Below are positions 60,270 to 64,000 of a stretch of DNA of 64,000 nt, in pieces (position 1 is the first letter of the stretch; each line of letters starts with the position of its first letter). The stretch lies in assembly GCA_965249555.1 (NCBI GenBank), contig OZ252243.1, forward strand, positions 928,001-992,000, written 5' to 3'. Under the pieces are notes generated by a model. The model had not been told where the DNA came from. It was given only the letters and a program-made list of their open reading frames with translations, and did no database searches. The stretch comes from Nitrosopumilus sp. (GTDB lineage Archaea; Thermoproteota; Nitrososphaeria; Nitrososphaerales; Nitrosopumilaceae). The translations under genes and the position numbers were made by a program.

Positions 60270-61085
60270 TTGAAAGATATTCCCATAACAGATAAGATTC
60301 CTGAATTAGATATTGCTATTCAGGCTGCAAAAGAGGCAGGAAATGCAATTTTGGAGATTTATCAGAGAAATTTTGAAATATCTAAAAAAAGTGATGATTC
60401 TCCAATTACCGAAGCAGATCTTAAAAGTAATGAAATCATCAAAGAAATTCTCTCACAGACAGAGCACATAATTTTATCAGAAGAGGACAAAGATGATCAA
60501 AATAGATTATCAAAAGATACAATTTGGATTGTAGACCCACTTGATGGGACTTCTGATTTTATTGATAAAACAGGTGAATTTACAGTTATGATTGCATTGA
60601 TAAAAAATAAAAAACCAATTCTTGGAGTTATTAGTTGGCCTACAGAAAAAACATTCTTTGTTGCACAAAAAGGAAGTGGGGCATTTAGATATTCAAATAA
60701 TGAGTGGAGAAAAATATCTGTAACTACATTAACAGAACTTTCAAAATGTAGAGTAGTTGGATCAAGACACCATCTTTCAGATAAAGAAAAATCATTTATC
60801 AAAAAATTAGGTATTGGAGACTTTACAAGCATCGGTAGTTCATTAAAGGTTGGAAAGATCAGTTCAGGAGAAGCTGAAGCATATATCACAACCACAAACA
60901 AAATGAAGGAATGGGATTCAGCGGCATCTTATTGTATTATTTCAGAAGCCGGAGGAAAAATGACTGACATGTCAGGTAATGATATCACATACAATAACAA
61001 AGAAGTTTTTCATCAAAATGGAATTCTAGTAACAAATGGATTAATTCACGATAAAATAGTTGAAGAATTTAAAAAATTAGAGTAG
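60270..61085 (+). CDS. cysQ: 3'(2'),5'-bisphosphate nucleotidase
   Basis: SPITEAD, LSEE, WIVDPLDGT, GSSLK, EWDSAA. Confidence 0.92.
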   Translation: MKDIPITDKIPELDIAIQAAKEAGNAILEIYQRNFEISKKSDDSPITEADLKSNEIIKEILSQTEHIILSEEDKDDQNRLSKDTIWIVDPLDGTSDFIDKTGEFTVMIALIKNKKPILGVISWPTEKTFFVAQKGSGAFRYSNNEWRKISVTTLTELSKCRVVGSRHHLSDKEKSFIKKLGIGDFTSIGSSLKVGKISSGEAEAYITTTNKMKEWDSAASYCIISEAGGKMTDMSGNDITYNNKEVFHQNGILVTNGLIHDKIVEEFKKLE

Positions 61086-61592
61086 GTTTCTTCCGTTAAG
61101 AAAGTCCTTTACTTTGTTTGCACTCTCTGAAAGTGGTTCATCTTCTGTATCAATTATCAAATCTGCATTTTCTGGAGCTTCATAAGGATCATCAATTCCT
61201 GTAAATCCTTTGATTTCTCCTTTTCTTGCCTTAGCATACATGCCTTTGACATCTCTTTCTTCACATTTTTCAAGAGAGCATTTAACATAACATTCCGCAA
61301 ACTGATCACCTGCACCAATAATTTCTCTAGCATCTTTTCTATTCCCAACATATGGAGATACTAAAGATACTACACTTGGAACACCGTGATTTAGCAAAAG
61401 CTTAGCCAAATGAGCAACTTTTTTGTTATGCTCATCACGTCCTGCTTTTGAAAAGTCTTTTGGAGAGAACCATTCTCTTAGCTCATCACCATCAAGCATT
61501 GCCAAATTTGGGATATCTTTTTGCAGATCTTTTACGATAGTGGTCTTTCCTGAACAAGGAAGACCAGTCATCCAAATAACAAAAGGCTTCAT
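61077..61592 (-). CDS. cysC: adenylyl-sulfate kinase
   Basis: TGLPCSGKTT, LDGD, RDVKGMY, FTGIDDPYEAP. Confidence 0.95.
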   Translation of the reverse strand: MKPFVIWMTGLPCSGKTTIVKDLQKDIPNLAMLDGDELREWFSPKDFSKAGRDEHNKKVAHLAKLLLNHGVPSVVSLVSPYVGNRKDAREIIGAGDQFAECYVKCSLEKCEERDVKGMYAKARKGEIKGFTGIDDPYEAPENADLIIDTEDEPLSESANKVKDFLNGRNLL

Positions 61593-61628
61593 GAATCAAA
61601 TTTCTTAACAGCCCATAAAGAGCTTACG

Positions 61629-62171
61629 TTAATTTTGAAACCAAGGTTGATTTTCCAAATATTCAATTTCTTTAATCATATCTTCCATTTTTTTTGAAAT
61701 GGCCATAACTGATTTGAATTGCTCATACATATCATATTCTTCTTCTTTTGAGAGTACTTCAGCTTCAGCTTTATCAAAAAAATTTTCTTCTTTGGTTTTA
61801 TGGTCCATAAGAAATATCGAATATGTTTTTAGATATCTGGCAACAGGCTCTCTTGCATCTTTTCCTTCTTTCCACTGTTTGAGATATTTTTTGATTTGTA
61901 ACGCGATTCTTCTAGAAAATTCATGCTCTACTAACAGTTTGTGGATTTCTTCTTTGAGATGATCATAGCTTGCAACACAGGGAAAATAGGCGTCTTCTTC
62001 TCTGGAATAATGAATAGAATCTAAGAATTCATCTATAACTAATGAAATTTTATCTATATCAGATAAAGGAATGTTTTTTCCTGCATAAAGTTCCGTATAG
62101 CACTTTATGATCACTTTTTCTAATCGCCCAATTTGCTTGTGATCCTCACGTAATGATTCTGTTGCACTCAA
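61629..62171 (-). CDS. hemerythrin-like cation-binding domain protein
   Basis: EDHKQI, HYSREE..FP, EH, HKTKEE..F. Confidence 0.88.
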   Translation of the reverse strand: MSATESLREDHKQIGRLEKVIIKCYTELYAGKNIPLSDIDKISLVIDEFLDSIHYSREEDAYFPCVASYDHLKEEIHKLLVEHEFSRRIALQIKKYLKQWKEGKDAREPVARYLKTYSIFLMDHKTKEENFFDKAEAEVLSKEEEYDMYEQFKSVMAISKKMEDMIKEIEYLENQPWFQN

Positions 62172-62289
62172 GTAAGAAAAGTATTGTTAGTGTTCATTTA
62201 ATGTGTATCTAAAAATCAACTATGGAGCTTAAAATTATCAAACAAATCCAGTTTAACTTTTATCCACATATATTTACATTCAGTCATTA

Positions 62290-63675
62290 ATGAACCCCAT
62301 AATTTTGTCTATTTTGAATTTGATTAGAGGACAAGGTGGTGAGGTGCTTCCATTTTCTGATTTTGATCCAAGTTTGATTTTAGACAAAATTGTAGAGTTA
62401 CAAAATTCCATAGGAACGTTATCTAGTCAAGATGGAGGAATTGCTTCAGCTCATGTAATATTACTTGCGGCAGGAGTAGTAATTTTTCTTGGAGTTGCAG
62501 GAGAAGCATTCTTCAAAAAAACAGGAATTCCAGATGTAGCATTCTTGATGATTTTTGGAGTAATTATAGGGCCTGTTTTAGGGATTATTCAACCAGAAGC
62601 TGTTATCCAAGTGGTGCCATATTTTGCAGCACTTGCATTGATAATCATCATGTTTGATGGTGGATTACACCTAGACATCAAACATGTAATTAAAACTGCA
62701 CACTTTTCTGTAACACTAGCTATTCTTGGTTTTATTTTATCAGTTGTAATCATTACACTCGCTGCACATTTTGCATTAGGATGGTTATGGTTAGAGAGTA
62801 TTTTGTTAGCTTCAATTGTAGGGGGAAGTAGTTCAGCAATTGTTTTTGGTCTTGTTAGAAATATCAAAATTTCAGAAGAAGTCAAATCAATGCTAAGTTT
62901 TGAATCTGCACTAACTGATATTTTAGCCATGATTGCTGCATTCATATTATTTGAAGCAGTGTTAATAGGACATTTTGATATACAAACATTGCAAGAAACA
63001 CTTGGCAGAGCAATAGTTGTTGGTTTGGTTCTAGGATTTGGAGTAGGAATTCCTTGGATGTATGTTTCAACAAAGCTGGGAAATGCTCAACATGCATACA
63101 TGCTTACATTAGGAATCTTGTTTGTTTTGTTTTTCTTAGCAAATTCATTTGGAGAATCAGGAGCTTTGACAGCACTAGTATTTGGGATAATGCTTGGAAA
63201 TAAAAAACATCTTTCACGAATACTCAAATTTAAGCTTCCAAAGATCGAGTTGGATGATCCAACACATAATCAACTGACGTTTTTGGTGAGATCATTTTTC
63301 TTTGTGTTTGTTGGATTATTGGCAAGTTTTGGACAAATAGAATATATTGTATTTGGAATTTTGATTACGGTTGCTGTTTACGTAGGAAGAGTGTTTGTTG
63401 GTAAGATAACTCTAACAAAGAGATTCTCCAAATTGGATAGAGCAGTTACAAACTCTATGATTCCTAGAGGATTAGCTGCAGCCGTACTTGCTACATTTCC
63501 TATTACAATGGGTTTACCAAATGCAGAAGCGTATCCGCAAATCATATTCTTTATCATTTTATCATCAGTAATAATTACAACAATTGGATTAGGAAAATCA
63601 AAGAAGATTCCTCCACCTGAATCAGTTGAAGGAGGATTTGTCAAAAAACCACCTGAGGATTCTCAAAAAGAGTAG
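62290..63675 (+). CDS. cation:proton antiporter (CPA1/NhaP-like)
   Basis: Many TM segments, FDGG, FESALTD, PRGLAAAVLA. Confidence 0.9.
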   Translation: MNPIILSILNLIRGQGGEVLPFSDFDPSLILDKIVELQNSIGTLSSQDGGIASAHVILLAAGVVIFLGVAGEAFFKKTGIPDVAFLMIFGVIIGPVLGIIQPEAVIQVVPYFAALALIIIMFDGGLHLDIKHVIKTAHFSVTLAILGFILSVVIITLAAHFALGWLWLESILLASIVGGSSSAIVFGLVRNIKISEEVKSMLSFESALTDILAMIAAFILFEAVLIGHFDIQTLQETLGRAIVVGLVLGFGVGIPWMYVSTKLGNAQHAYMLTLGILFVLFFLANSFGESGALTALVFGIMLGNKKHLSRILKFKLPKIELDDPTHNQLTFLVRSFFFVFVGLLASFGQIEYIVFGILITVAVYVGRVFVGKITLTKRFSKLDRAVTNSMIPRGLAAAVLATFPITMGLPNAEAYPQIIFFIILSSVIITTIGLGKSKKIPPPESVEGGFVKKPPEDSQKE

Positions 63676-63709
63676 ACTGATACTTTATTTCATGAAAAAT
63701 GAATTAGAA

Positions 63710-64000
63710 TTATAAATCAAGTGACTCTTTGAGACCTTTGTATCTATTTCTAATAGTTACTTCAGTAACATTTGCAGCTTCGGCAATATCACGTTGCGTT
63801 TTGTCTTCACCATTTCTGACACAAGATAGGTATAATGCTGCAGCTGCTAGTCCCATAGGATCTTTTCCTGCAGAAACTTCATTTTCTTGTGCCTGTTTTA
63901 GTACTTTGGTTGCATATCTTTTTGTTTTTTCAGCAATTCCGATTCTGCTTGCAATTCTTGCAACACATTGGACTGAATCAGTTACTGGCATCTTCAAGTC
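63710..64000 (-). CDS. tfb: transcription initiation factor IIB (C-terminal part; 5' end outside the window)
   Basis: GKDPMGLAAAALY, TQRDIAEAANVTEVTIRNRYK. Confidence 0.95.
   Translation of the reverse strand, partial: DLKMPVTDSVQCVARIASRIGIAEKTKRYATKVLKQAQENEVSAGKDPMGLAAAALYLSCVRNGEDKTQRDIAEAANVTEVTIRNRYKGLKESLDL

Noticed and set aside
1-64000. CRISPR array, rRNA genes, reverse transcriptase or DGR
   Set aside because: I saw no regularly spaced repeats, rRNA-like sequence or RT motifs.

Overview
AT-rich archaeal chromosome segment. Gene content points to a marine ammonia-oxidising Nitrosopumilaceae (Thaumarchaeota): two Snf7/CdvB paralogs, bacterial-type MetK, the anaerobic cobalamin pathway, aIF2 alpha and gamma, PriS/PriL and TFB. 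Most of the window is housekeeping (cobalamin, translation, replication/repair, sulfate activation, preQ0 synthesis, mevalonate). An accessory region at about 14.4-21.4 kb holds two mobile elements. (1) A 2.6-kb non-autonomous transposon with perfect 109-bp terminal inverted repeats (15303-17907) carries a frameshifted DDE transposase tail, a Cys-rich ORF and an intact secreted fibronectin-III protein. (2) A 3.2-kb element integrated in the 5' half of tRNA-Gly(CCC) is bounded by a 40-bp direct repeat and carries a probable split-integrase relic, a single-repeat TBP-like protein, a frameshifted D5-like SF3 helicase and a GNAT toxin with a small antitoxin-like partner. Other observations: two GC-rich structured intergenic RNA candidates (one with a K-turn), a glutamate racemase homolog with both catalytic Cys replaced by Ser, several small ORFs missing from the ORF track, and several deletion-scarred pseudogenes suggesting ongoing gene decay. 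All family assignments come from motif recognition by eye; no searches were run.
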